Source: Gemmatimonadota bacterium (lineage in GTDB: Bacteria; Gemmatimonadota; Gemmatimonadetes; Gemmatimonadales; Gemmatimonadaceae). From it: 64,000 nucleotides of DNA. Shown piece after piece: positions 17,641-26,006 of this stretch. Position 1 is the first letter of the stretch, and each line of letters opens with the position of its first letter. The stretch lies in the NCBI GenBank assembly GCA_040389905.1, contig JAZJZK010000052.1:1-64000 (forward strand). The letters run 5' to 3'. The position numbers were made by a program, and so were the translations under genes. The notes under the pieces are model-generated. The model was not told the origin of the DNA, did no database searches, and was given only the letters and a program-made list of their open reading frames with translations.

Positions 17641-17696
17641 GTGCGGGCCCTTCGGGAAGACGCAGAGGGCGCAGAGAGGCAGAGGGCGCAGAGGAA
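17641..17696 (+). repeat. partial family B head plus family A arm
   Basis: GTGCGGGCCCTTCG followed by ACGCAGAGGGCGCAGAGAGGCAGAGGGCGCAGAGGAA. Confidence 0.7.
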
Positions 17697-17814
17697 AACA
17701 GGCAAGAACGAGCAGAACAACGCATTAGATTTATCGGCGAAGCCTCGCGCCCAGAATGCCGCGCGATGCCGCACGTCCTTCCACCGCGCGTTTGACGCGT
17801 CTACGTACGAGGCC

Positions 17815-18150
17815 ATGCCGCACACTGACGCCATCGTCGTGATGACCACGCTCTCCTCCGCCGAGGAGGCCGTCAAGCTCGTGCAGACGCTGCTCGAGCG
17901 GCGGCTGATCGCCTGCGGGACCGTGTTCCCCGGCGGACGCTCCCTGTATCGGTGGCAGGGCAAGATCGCCGACGAACAGGAAGTGGTGGTCCTGCTCAAG
18001 ACTCGGTCCGCCCGACTCGAGACCTTGCAGCTGGCCTTTGACGAATTGCACCCGTACAAGGTGCCTGAACTCCTCGCACTCCCGGTCACCGCTGGAAACG
18101 CCAAGTATCTGGAATGGATCAATGGCGAAACCACCCTCGCGCTCGCCTGA
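17815..18150 (+). CDS. cutA: divalent-cation tolerance protein CutA
   Basis: LLERRLIAC, SLYRWQGKI, E..LLKT, HPYKVPELL, YLEWI. Confidence 0.92.
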   Translation: MPHTDAIVVMTTLSSAEEAVKLVQTLLERRLIACGTVFPGGRSLYRWQGKIADEQEVVVLLKTRSARLETLQLAFDELHPYKVPELLALPVTAGNAKYLEWINGETTLALA

Positions 18151-18164
18151 TCTCCTACGCCTCG

Positions 18165-18911
18165 ATGAGCCGCAGCATGCCGCACCAGAATACCGACAAG
18201 AGTTCCGCCAACACGCAGGACACGCCACTCGAGGACCGCTCCGACCTTCCCGAGGCCGAACTTCCTCTTCCAGCGACCGATGAGCGCCCCGTCGTGCGTC
18301 CGATCGACCCGGTCGCGCTGTCGAACGACCAGCTGGCACGTGGAGAGATGAGCGGCGCGATGGCCACATTGCGCGCGGCCATCGTTCGCGAGCCCGGGAA
18401 CGCGCGCGCGCGTGCGGCCCTGGCACCGCTGATGGCGAAGCGCGGAGATATCGAAGGGGCCCTCGCCGAACTTGGCCGGGCAATCGAGAGCGCTCCTGAT
18501 GATGTCACCATCCTGTGCGCCCGCGCCGCAATGCTCGCGGCGCGCAGCCGCTACGATCTGGCCGAAGTCGACCTTCGGCGTGCGGCGCGCGCCGCGGACA
18601 CGAGTGCAGAGGTGCACGTGCAGCTCGGAATGCTGTTCTCGAAACGCGCCCGGTGGCGCGAGGCGATCGAGCCGCTGCGCCTCGCCGTGGGGCTCGACCC
18701 CAACCTGGCCGACGCACACTACCACCTCGGCGAAGCCTACAATCACATCGATGATCTCCCGGCGGCCCTCGCGTCGTACGAGGCCGCGGCAGTCTTGCAG
18801 CCGACGAATCTGCGCGCGCTGAAGGGGATCGGCATCGTGCTCGACCGCCTTGGACGTCCGGATGAAGCCGCAGCCGCCTATCGCCGGGCGCGGGACGCGC
18901 AGAAGCGGTGA
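18165..18911 (+). CDS. tetratricopeptide repeat protein
   Basis: About 5 TPR-like repeats (e.g. ADAHYHLGEAY, ALKGIGIVLDRLGRPDEAAAAY). Confidence 0.85.
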   Translation: MSRSMPHQNTDKSSANTQDTPLEDRSDLPEAELPLPATDERPVVRPIDPVALSNDQLARGEMSGAMATLRAAIVREPGNARARAALAPLMAKRGDIEGALAELGRAIESAPDDVTILCARAAMLAARSRYDLAEVDLRRAARAADTSAEVHVQLGMLFSKRARWREAIEPLRLAVGLDPNLADAHYHLGEAYNHIDDLPAALASYEAAAVLQPTNLRALKGIGIVLDRLGRPDEAAAAYRRARDAQKR

Positions 18912-18915
18912 CCGC

Positions 18916-20484
18916 ATGAGAACGACGCTCGGGAAGCGTGGTGTTGCGGCCGTCGCCGTGCTGGTGCTTTGGTTGACGGGACTTGGCCTTCTCACGCAGC
19001 GGGAGCTGTTCCGCCCTCATACCGAACGCTTTGCGGAGGCAGGGCTTCGCATCACCCCGGGCGCCACCTTTTTCGCCGTCCTGCAGCGCGGCCAGCAAAT
19101 CGGCTTTGCGTCGACGAACATCGACACGGCCGACGGCGGCATCTCGGTGCAGGACTATTTGGTGGCCGATTTGCCGGTCGCGGGCAAGCTGCATCGCGCG
19201 AGTGCCCGTACGACGGTTCGCCTGTCGCGGGCACTGCGCGTATCGAGCTTCACCGTCGACATCGATGCCGGCTTGACGCCCATGAAGGCGACAGGCACGG
19301 TGCTCGGCGACTCTATCTTGCTACTCGCGCTGCGTGGCGTGGTGGGTCAGGTGGCGGACACCCAGCGCATTCGGCTGAGCGGGCCGATTCTGCTCCCGAC
19401 GCTGGTTCCCCTCGCCGTGGCGTTGGGCGAGACGCCGAAGGTCGGGGCGAATTACACGCTTCCGCTCTTCGACATCACGTCGATGGCGCCGAAGGAAGTG
19501 CGCATCAACGTGCAGGCCGAAAGCCTCTTCGTGCTTCAGGACAGCAGCGTATTCGACACACCCTCGGCGCGGTGGGTCGGAGCACTTCCTGATACCGTTC
19601 GCGCATGGAGACTGGCGTCTGACACGAGCGGCGGAGCGACGACGGGTTTCTCCGGGTGGGTCGATCATCAGGGGCGCGTGGTGCTCACCAATCAACTGCT
19701 CGGTTTGACGCTCGAGCGGCGCCCGTACGAGGTGGCCTTCGAGAACTGGCGCATCGATGGGGCGAAGCGTGGCAACAGCGTTTCCGCGGACGAGGACATC
19801 TACGAAACGACGGCGATCAGCGCCAACAAGACGATCCGGAAAGACCTCGAGGAGCTGAAGGTGCGGCTCACGGGCGTCGACCTCGGTTCGTTCGACGTGA
19901 AGGGCTATCGGCAACGCCTTCGCGGGGACACGCTGACGATTACGCGCGAGGCGCCGGCCGCTCTCAAGGCGGCGTATGCGCTGCCGCAGGGCGCGTGGAA
20001 CACCGTGATGAGCGTCTTCATGGATCCGGAGCCACTGCTCGAGGTGAAGAGCCCGGAGATCGCGACGCTCGCCCTACGGTTGCGCGGAACGGAGACGGAT
20101 CCGCGCATCGTCGCTGAACGAATCAACCGCTGGGTGCACGATTCACTCGCCAAGAAGATTGCGGTTGGTGTCCCATCGGCGCTGGGAACGCTCCACGCGC
20201 GAAGTGGTGACTGCAACGAGCACTCACAACTGTACGTCGCGCTGGCACGCGCCGCGGGTATCCCTGCCCGCGTCGCCGCGGGACTGGCCTTCCTCGATGG
20301 AAAGTTCTACTACCACGCGTGGCCGGAGATCTGGTTGGAACGTTGGGTCGCGGTGGACCCCACCTTTGGGCAGTTTCCCGCAGACGCGTCGCATCTCCGC
20401 TTCACCATCGGTGGACTCGGTAAACAGGCCGAGCTTCTGCGTCTCATGGGCGCGCTCCACATCGACGTCTTGTCCCAGCGATAA
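18916..20484 (+). CDS. membrane-anchored transglutaminase-like domain protein
   Basis: N-terminal TM; GDCNEH, ARAAGIPAR, YHAWPE, VDPT give a Cys-His-Asp triad. Confidence 0.88.
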   Translation: MRTTLGKRGVAAVAVLVLWLTGLGLLTQRELFRPHTERFAEAGLRITPGATFFAVLQRGQQIGFASTNIDTADGGISVQDYLVADLPVAGKLHRASARTTVRLSRALRVSSFTVDIDAGLTPMKATGTVLGDSILLLALRGVVGQVADTQRIRLSGPILLPTLVPLAVALGETPKVGANYTLPLFDITSMAPKEVRINVQAESLFVLQDSSVFDTPSARWVGALPDTVRAWRLASDTSGGATTGFSGWVDHQGRVVLTNQLLGLTLERRPYEVAFENWRIDGAKRGNSVSADEDIYETTAISANKTIRKDLEELKVRLTGVDLGSFDVKGYRQRLRGDTLTITREAPAALKAAYALPQGAWNTVMSVFMDPEPLLEVKSPEIATLALRLRGTETDPRIVAERINRWVHDSLAKKIAVGVPSALGTLHARSGDCNEHSQLYVALARAAGIPARVAAGLAFLDGKFYYHAWPEIWLERWVAVDPTFGQFPADASHLRFTIGGLGKQAELLRLMGALHIDVLSQR

Positions 20485-20517
20485 GTCCCCGCCGAACTTC
20501 ATTTTCAACGCAAAAGT

Positions 20518-21279
20518 ATGATCAGCCTGCGGCAGCTCACGAAGCGGTATGGCAGGACCTTCGTCGCGGTAGACGCGATCGATCTCGAAGTGCCACGCGG
20601 CGAGTTGTTCGGCTTTCTTGGCCCCAATGGCGCCGGCAAGACGACAACGCTTCGGATGATTGCCGGCATTCTCAAGCCGACGTCGGGGTCGATCTCGATT
20701 GCCGGCGTGGACTTGAGCGCAGATCCCATCGGAGCGAAGATGCGGCTGGGATTCATTCCTGACCGGCCGTTCATCTACGAGAAGCTCACTGGAGGCGAGT
20801 TCCTTCGTTTCGTCGCGGGCCTCTACGAGCAGGAGGGTCCGGAAGTCGAGCATCGCGCACGTGAGCTGCTGGCGCTTTTCGATCTCGAAGAGTGGCGCGA
20901 TGAGCTGGTGGAGAGCTACAGCCACGGCATGCGGCAGAAGCTCATCATCTCGAGTGCATTCGTGCATCGGCCCGAAGTCATCGTCGTCGACGAGCCGATG
21001 GTGGGTCTCGATCCGAAAGCGGCGAAGATCCTGAAGGACCTTTTTCGCGAGTATACACGACGCGGGCACACCATCATGATGAGCACGCACACGCTCGAGG
21101 TGGCGGAGACGTTGTGCGACCGGGTCGCGATCATTGCGAAGGGGAAGATTCGGGCGTGTGGGACGATGGACGAGCTCCGCGCGACTGCGCAGGAAGGGTC
21201 GAAGGGCCTGGAGCAGATCTTCCTCAAGCTCACGGGCGAGAACGCGGCGCGCGAACTGGTCGAGGTTCTGGATGCCTGA
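20518..21279 (+). CDS. ABC transporter ATP-binding protein
   Basis: GPNGAGKTT, YSHGMRQK, VVDEP, STH. Confidence 0.95.
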   Translation: MISLRQLTKRYGRTFVAVDAIDLEVPRGELFGFLGPNGAGKTTTLRMIAGILKPTSGSISIAGVDLSADPIGAKMRLGFIPDRPFIYEKLTGGEFLRFVAGLYEQEGPEVEHRARELLALFDLEEWRDELVESYSHGMRQKLIISSAFVHRPEVIVVDEPMVGLDPKAAKILKDLFREYTRRGHTIMMSTHTLEVAETLCDRVAIIAKGKIRACGTMDELRATAQEGSKGLEQIFLKLTGENAARELVEVLDA

Positions 21280-22972
21280 AGCCGGCGCCCGGCCGGACCC
21301 GAGTCTTGGTTTCGTTCTGCTGCCCAAGTGGCTCACGGCTCGCTCGCGCACGATGGCGGGCGAACGGGGGCGCAGCGCGCGCTTCACGATCCTCGGCTTC
21401 ATCGGCCTGCTGTTCTGGGGCTTCATCTACACGGTGTTGTACAAGTTGCTCGTGTACTTCCGCGGTGTCCCCGACCTCGGGCCCTTCCTCGCGGGCAAGC
21501 TCCTTGGCCTCATCCTCATCGGTTTCTTCTCGATTCTGCTGCTGTCGAACATCATCACCGCGCTCTCGAGTTTTTTCCTCGCGAAGGATCTCGATTTGCT
21601 CGTCGCGGCGCCGGTGGATTGGCTGACGCTCTATGCGGCGAAGTTGCTGGAGACGGCGATCGCGTCGAGCTGGATGGTCCTGCTGATGGCTGTGCCGATC
21701 TTCGCGGCATTCGGCGTGGCGTATCACGGCGGCTATGGATTCCCCGTACTTGTGCTCACGGTGTTCCTGCCTTTTCTGTTGGTGCCGGCCGTTCTCGGTA
21801 GTGCGACGACGTTGATTCTCGTCAATATTTTCCCGGCGCGGCGGACTCGGGACATACTCAGCGTGATCGCGGTGCTCGCCGCCGGCGGCATCGTGTTGCT
21901 GTTCCGTATCGTGCGCCCGGAACGGCTCGCGCGACCGGAGGGGTTTCGGTCGCTGGTGGATTTCGTCACGATCCTCAGAACGCCGACGTCGCCATTCCTG
22001 CCGAGCGAGTGGGTGCAGCGTGCCGTGCTGGGATGGCTGAATCACCGCCCGGATTACCTGCCGATCTATTTGTTGTGGAGCACCGCTGCTGCGGCATTTG
22101 TGATCGGTTCACTGGTGCATCGCGCGCTGTACATGGATGGCTTCAGCAAGGCGCAGGAAAGTGCGCAGCGGTGGGCGCGCAACACGGCAACCAGGCGATT
22201 TGGATATTGGCTGCTCAAGCCACTCGGTGTGTTGCGTCGCGAGTTGATGCTCAAGGAACTGCGATTGTTCTTTCGTGACACCACGCAGTGGTCGCAACTG
22301 ATTCTGTTGGCGGTGCTGGTGATCGTCTATGTATTCAACATCAAGTATCTGCCTTTGCGGGGCGAAGGCATCACGTTCTTTCTCGTGAATGTGATTCCGT
22401 TCCTGAATCTCGTGCTGGCGGGTTTCGTGCTCGCGTCGATCGCGGCGCGGTTCATCTTTCCGTCGGTGTCGCTCGAGGGTCGCACTCTGTGGCTGTTGAA
22501 GTCGAGTCCAATGCCCGTGAAGGATCTGCTGTGGGCGAAGTTCTGGGTCGGGACGCTGCCGCTGTTGATCCTGTCGCTCGGGATCGTCGTCGTGACGAAC
22601 GTGATGCTGCAAGTGAGCGACTTCATGTTCGCGGTGTCCGTCATGACGATGGCCTTGATGACGTTCGCGCTCTGCGGACTCGCGCTGGGATTCGGGACGT
22701 TGTTCCCGCAGTTCGAGACGGAAAACGCCGCGCAGATTCCTACGTCGTTTGGCGGGTTGCTGTTCATGATCGCGTCAGTGGCGCTGATTGCCGGGGTCGT
22801 GGTGCTCGAGGCACGCCCGGTGTATGGCTACATCGCGGCGAAGTACTATCGCACGCCGATCGAACCGACGGAGATGATCATCGGGTTCGGGCTCGCGGCG
22901 ATTCTGTGTGTGGCCACCACGATCATCCCGATCGGCATAGCGAAGCGGCGGCTTGAAGCGGTGGAGCGGTAA
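21272..22972 (+). CDS. putative ABC exporter permease
   Basis: About 12-14 TM helices with internal duplication (DLDLLVAAPV / LWLLKSSPM..LL.AK); overlaps the ATPase stop. Confidence 0.85.
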   Translation: MPEAGARPDPSLGFVLLPKWLTARSRTMAGERGRSARFTILGFIGLLFWGFIYTVLYKLLVYFRGVPDLGPFLAGKLLGLILIGFFSILLLSNIITALSSFFLAKDLDLLVAAPVDWLTLYAAKLLETAIASSWMVLLMAVPIFAAFGVAYHGGYGFPVLVLTVFLPFLLVPAVLGSATTLILVNIFPARRTRDILSVIAVLAAGGIVLLFRIVRPERLARPEGFRSLVDFVTILRTPTSPFLPSEWVQRAVLGWLNHRPDYLPIYLLWSTAAAAFVIGSLVHRALYMDGFSKAQESAQRWARNTATRRFGYWLLKPLGVLRRELMLKELRLFFRDTTQWSQLILLAVLVIVYVFNIKYLPLRGEGITFFLVNVIPFLNLVLAGFVLASIAARFIFPSVSLEGRTLWLLKSSPMPVKDLLWAKFWVGTLPLLILSLGIVVVTNVMLQVSDFMFAVSVMTMALMTFALCGLALGFGTLFPQFETENAAQIPTSFGGLLFMIASVALIAGVVVLEARPVYGYIAAKYYRTPIEPTEMIIGFGLAAILCVATTIIPIGIAKRRLEAVER

Positions 22973-22998
22973 CGACGGGAAAGAGCGGAAGAACGGAG

Positions 22999-23040
22999 GT
23001 GCAGGCCCTTCGCTTCGCTCAAGGGCGACAAAACGAGCGG
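22999..23040 (+). repeat. REP-like family B unit
   Basis: GTGCAGGCCCTTCGCTTCGCTCAAGGGCGACAAAACGAGCGG. Confidence 0.88.
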
Positions 23041-23119
23041 GAGCCAACCAACGCCTGCGCTCCGCTGTCAAACGGCATTACCCAATAGACTCAAGGCAAC
23101 TCCACTCCTTCCGCAAGCG

Positions 23120-24031
23120 ATGCGAAGAACCCTCCTGCTTGTCGCGTGCACCGGCCTGCTGAGCGGAACCGCGCACGCACAAGCGCCCGCTGCAGGCCCC
23201 CTCGCCCTTCTCCTTCCCGCCAGCACCCGCGCCGTTTCCGTCGGGAACGCGTGGGTCGCGTCGCGCGAAGACGCCTCGGTCTTCTACAATCCCGCGCAGA
23301 TCATCGCCACGAACGGCTATGGCATTCGCCTGGCGCGCTACGGCGCTGGCGCGACTGTCGGTACGCTCACGAGCGCGTTCGCGATCGGGAACCTCAACCT
23401 CGGCTGGGGCGCGCAGTACGTCGGCTACAAGGTTCAGAGCAGCGCCGGCTATCCGTTGGCGCCCAGCGACATCCTGACGCGCGGCACGCGCAACGGGACG
23501 AGCCTGGTGGTCGCGACCGGCATCAACGCGGTGTTCAAGGGTTTTCGCACGGGCGCCGGAATGAAGTACGCCGAGGATCGCCTCGAGGCGTCCTCGCTCG
23601 GCGTGAGTCCCGACGCGCGCCTCAATGGACTCATCCTCGGCGACGTCGGCGTGTCGCACGGCCTGCTGTCCGGGCAGGCGGCGCTCGCGGTCCAGAACAT
23701 CGGGCGCGATGACAAGATCAAACTGCCGGTACAGACATCGCTCGGTTGGACGCGATCGATCAACACGTCGCAGGTCGATTTCGCGATCGCCACGGAGGTG
23801 CTCGCGCGCAACGGATGGGTGGGCGGAGGCGGCGGCGCGGAAATGAGTTATGGGTGGCTCGAGGGGTACTCGGCGAGCGTGCGTGCGGGTGCGCATCGAA
23901 CCGAGACCTCGGAGCAGCGACCCATTTCGCTCGGGGGAACGATGAACATGGACCGCCTGACGGTCGAGTACGCGTTGGAGTTTTTCGCTCGCGGCCAGAA
24001 TGCTCACCACTTCACATTTCGGTGGCGCTGA
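23120..24031 (+). CDS. PorV/PorQ-like (FadL-fold) outer-membrane beta-barrel
   Basis: Signal peptide; L.LPASTRAVSVGNA.VA..DAS.FYNPA plug motif; aromatic C-terminal strand HFTFRWR. Confidence 0.7.
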   Translation: MRRTLLLVACTGLLSGTAHAQAPAAGPLALLLPASTRAVSVGNAWVASREDASVFYNPAQIIATNGYGIRLARYGAGATVGTLTSAFAIGNLNLGWGAQYVGYKVQSSAGYPLAPSDILTRGTRNGTSLVVATGINAVFKGFRTGAGMKYAEDRLEASSLGVSPDARLNGLILGDVGVSHGLLSGQAALAVQNIGRDDKIKLPVQTSLGWTRSINTSQVDFAIATEVLARNGWVGGGGGAEMSYGWLEGYSASVRAGAHRTETSEQRPISLGGTMNMDRLTVEYALEFFARGQNAHHFTFRWR

Positions 24032-24033
24032 CG

Positions 24034-25992
24034 ATGACCCACACACGCTGGCTCTCCTCCGCGCTTTTCGCCCTTCCCTTGCTCGCGTCATGCTGGAGAC
24101 AGACGCTGAAGCTCGCGAAGGATGATTCACCTGTCGTCCTCTCGCATCAAACGATCACGGCGCAGAATCCGGCCGATTCGGGCCCGATGAAAGTGATCCG
24201 GATGTACTACGGCAGTGGGACGGACAAGGCGCGTTCCGTCTTCCGCGATTCCGTGACGCTGAAGACAAAGCCGGTCGACATCTCGCCCTTTGCCTCCGTG
24301 ACACCGGAGGCCGCCGACGCCCGCAAGGCCCATTGGGGCTTCGACATGAAGGCGGTGCCGCTGAATGGCCGCGTGTGGTATCCGGAGGGTCCCGGCCCAT
24401 TCCCGCTCGTGCTCGTCGTTCACGGCAACCACAACCCGGAAGACTATTCGGACCCGGGGTACGGCTATCTCGGAGAACTGCTCGCGTCGCGCGGATTCAT
24501 CCTCGTGTCCATCGACGAGAATTTCATCAATGGTCTGTCAGGCGAAAACGACGGGCGCGCGTGGCTGCTCCTCAAGCACCTCGAAGCGTGGAAGAAGTTC
24601 AACGACTCGACTGGCAGCCCGCTGTATCATCGCGTGGACATGAACAACATCGCGCTGATGGGACACTCGCGCGGTGGTGAAGCGGCCCCGCTTGCCGCGA
24701 CGTTCAACACGCTCAAGTACTATCCCGATGATGCGAAGCAGAAATTCGGCTTCAACTTCTCGATCAAGTCCGTAGTGTCCATCGCGCCGGTCGACGGTCA
24801 GTACAAAGCGTCGGGGCAATTCACGCCGCTCGAGAACGTGAACTATCTCGTGATCCATGGCTCGCACGATGGTGACGTGTCGACGTTTCACGGGTTGCGC
24901 CAATTCGAGCGTCTCCGTTTCACGGACGGGAAGCCGTGGTTCAAGTCGGCCTTCTACATGTACCGCGCGAACCACGGCCAGTGGAACACCGTCTGGCAAA
25001 ACAAGGACAATGGTCCGCGGAGCGGACGCTCGCTGGATCTGCGCGCGCTCATCGATCCGGAGGAGCAGCGCAAGTTCGGCAAACTCGTCATCTCGGCGTT
25101 TCTCGAGGCCACGCTGCACGGGAAGAAAGAGTATCTCCCCCTCTTCCAGGACCATCGTACCGCGGGCCACTGGTTCCCGAAGACGATGTACATCACGCGT
25201 TTCCAGGAGAACGGCTACGAACCGTTGGCCGAGTACGACGAAGACATCGACGTGACGACGGGAACAGTGCGCGGCGTGGAGTTGATGGGTGACAGCCTGG
25301 CGACGTGGAAGGAAGGCGTCCTGCCATACCGTTCCCGTGGCGATGACCAACGACACAACGGCGTGTGGCTCGGCTGGAACAATCGCATCGGCGGGCCGGA
25401 CACGACAAAGATGGGGAAGCCCGCGTCGTACACGATCACGATCTCCGATTCGCTGCGGCTCGCGCGCAAACCGGACATCAATAGTGCGATCTACCTGTCG
25501 CTTGCCGGCACGAATGACAAGCCGGGGCCTCGCGCTGCGCCGAAGGACACGACCAAGCCGGATACGTCGGCTGCGGGCAAGGCCCGCGCGAAATTCGTGG
25601 CGGACTCCATCAAGAAGAACACGCCGCCGCCCAAGAAGGCGGAACCGGACACCATTCCCATCGAGATCACCGTGGAGTTGGCTGATTCGGCGGGACACAC
25701 TGCGAAGCTCCCGCTCAGTCGCTTCGGCACGATCCGGCGTCCGCTCGAGACCAAGGTCTACCGGCGGGACGGGCGCGACGAGGCACGCTTTGCGACGATG
25801 TTCGAGTTGGTGCCACAGACGTTCGTCATGCCGCTCGCCGACTTTGCGAAAACGGCCCCGACATTCGATGCCGGGCGGCTCAAAACGATTCGCCTCCTCT
25901 TCGACAAGACGATGGCGGCGACCGTTGTCGTGTCGGACATCGGGCTGTCGACGAAGATCGATCCGGCGTTTCTCGCGGCGCCGTTGCCCTGA
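24034..25992 (+). CDS. alpha/beta-hydrolase lipoprotein
   Basis: Lipobox LASC; GPFPLVLVVHGNH, GYGYLGELLASRG, nucleophile GHSRGG, HDGDV, ANHGQWNT. Confidence 0.85.
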   Translation: MTHTRWLSSALFALPLLASCWRQTLKLAKDDSPVVLSHQTITAQNPADSGPMKVIRMYYGSGTDKARSVFRDSVTLKTKPVDISPFASVTPEAADARKAHWGFDMKAVPLNGRVWYPEGPGPFPLVLVVHGNHNPEDYSDPGYGYLGELLASRGFILVSIDENFINGLSGENDGRAWLLLKHLEAWKKFNDSTGSPLYHRVDMNNIALMGHSRGGEAAPLAATFNTLKYYPDDAKQKFGFNFSIKSVVSIAPVDGQYKASGQFTPLENVNYLVIHGSHDGDVSTFHGLRQFERLRFTDGKPWFKSAFYMYRANHGQWNTVWQNKDNGPRSGRSLDLRALIDPEEQRKFGKLVISAFLEATLHGKKEYLPLFQDHRTAGHWFPKTMYITRFQENGYEPLAEYDEDIDVTTGTVRGVELMGDSLATWKEGVLPYRSRGDDQRHNGVWLGWNNRIGGPDTTKMGKPASYTITISDSLRLARKPDINSAIYLSLAGTNDKPGPRAAPKDTTKPDTSAAGKARAKFVADSIKKNTPPPKKAEPDTIPIEITVELADSAGHTAKLPLSRFGTIRRPLETKVYRRDGRDEARFATMFELVPQTFVMPLADFAKTAPTFDAGRLKTIRLLFDKTMAATVVVSDIGLSTKIDPAFLAAPLP

Positions 25993-26006
25993 GTCGCGCC
26001 GAAGGG

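Noticed and set aside
17010..18995. Long alternative-frame ORFs (661 aa here; also 24538-26142, 50844-51932, 57836-59263)
   Set aside because: They overlap well-supported genes, lack motifs and are expected in high-GC DNA with few off-frame stops.
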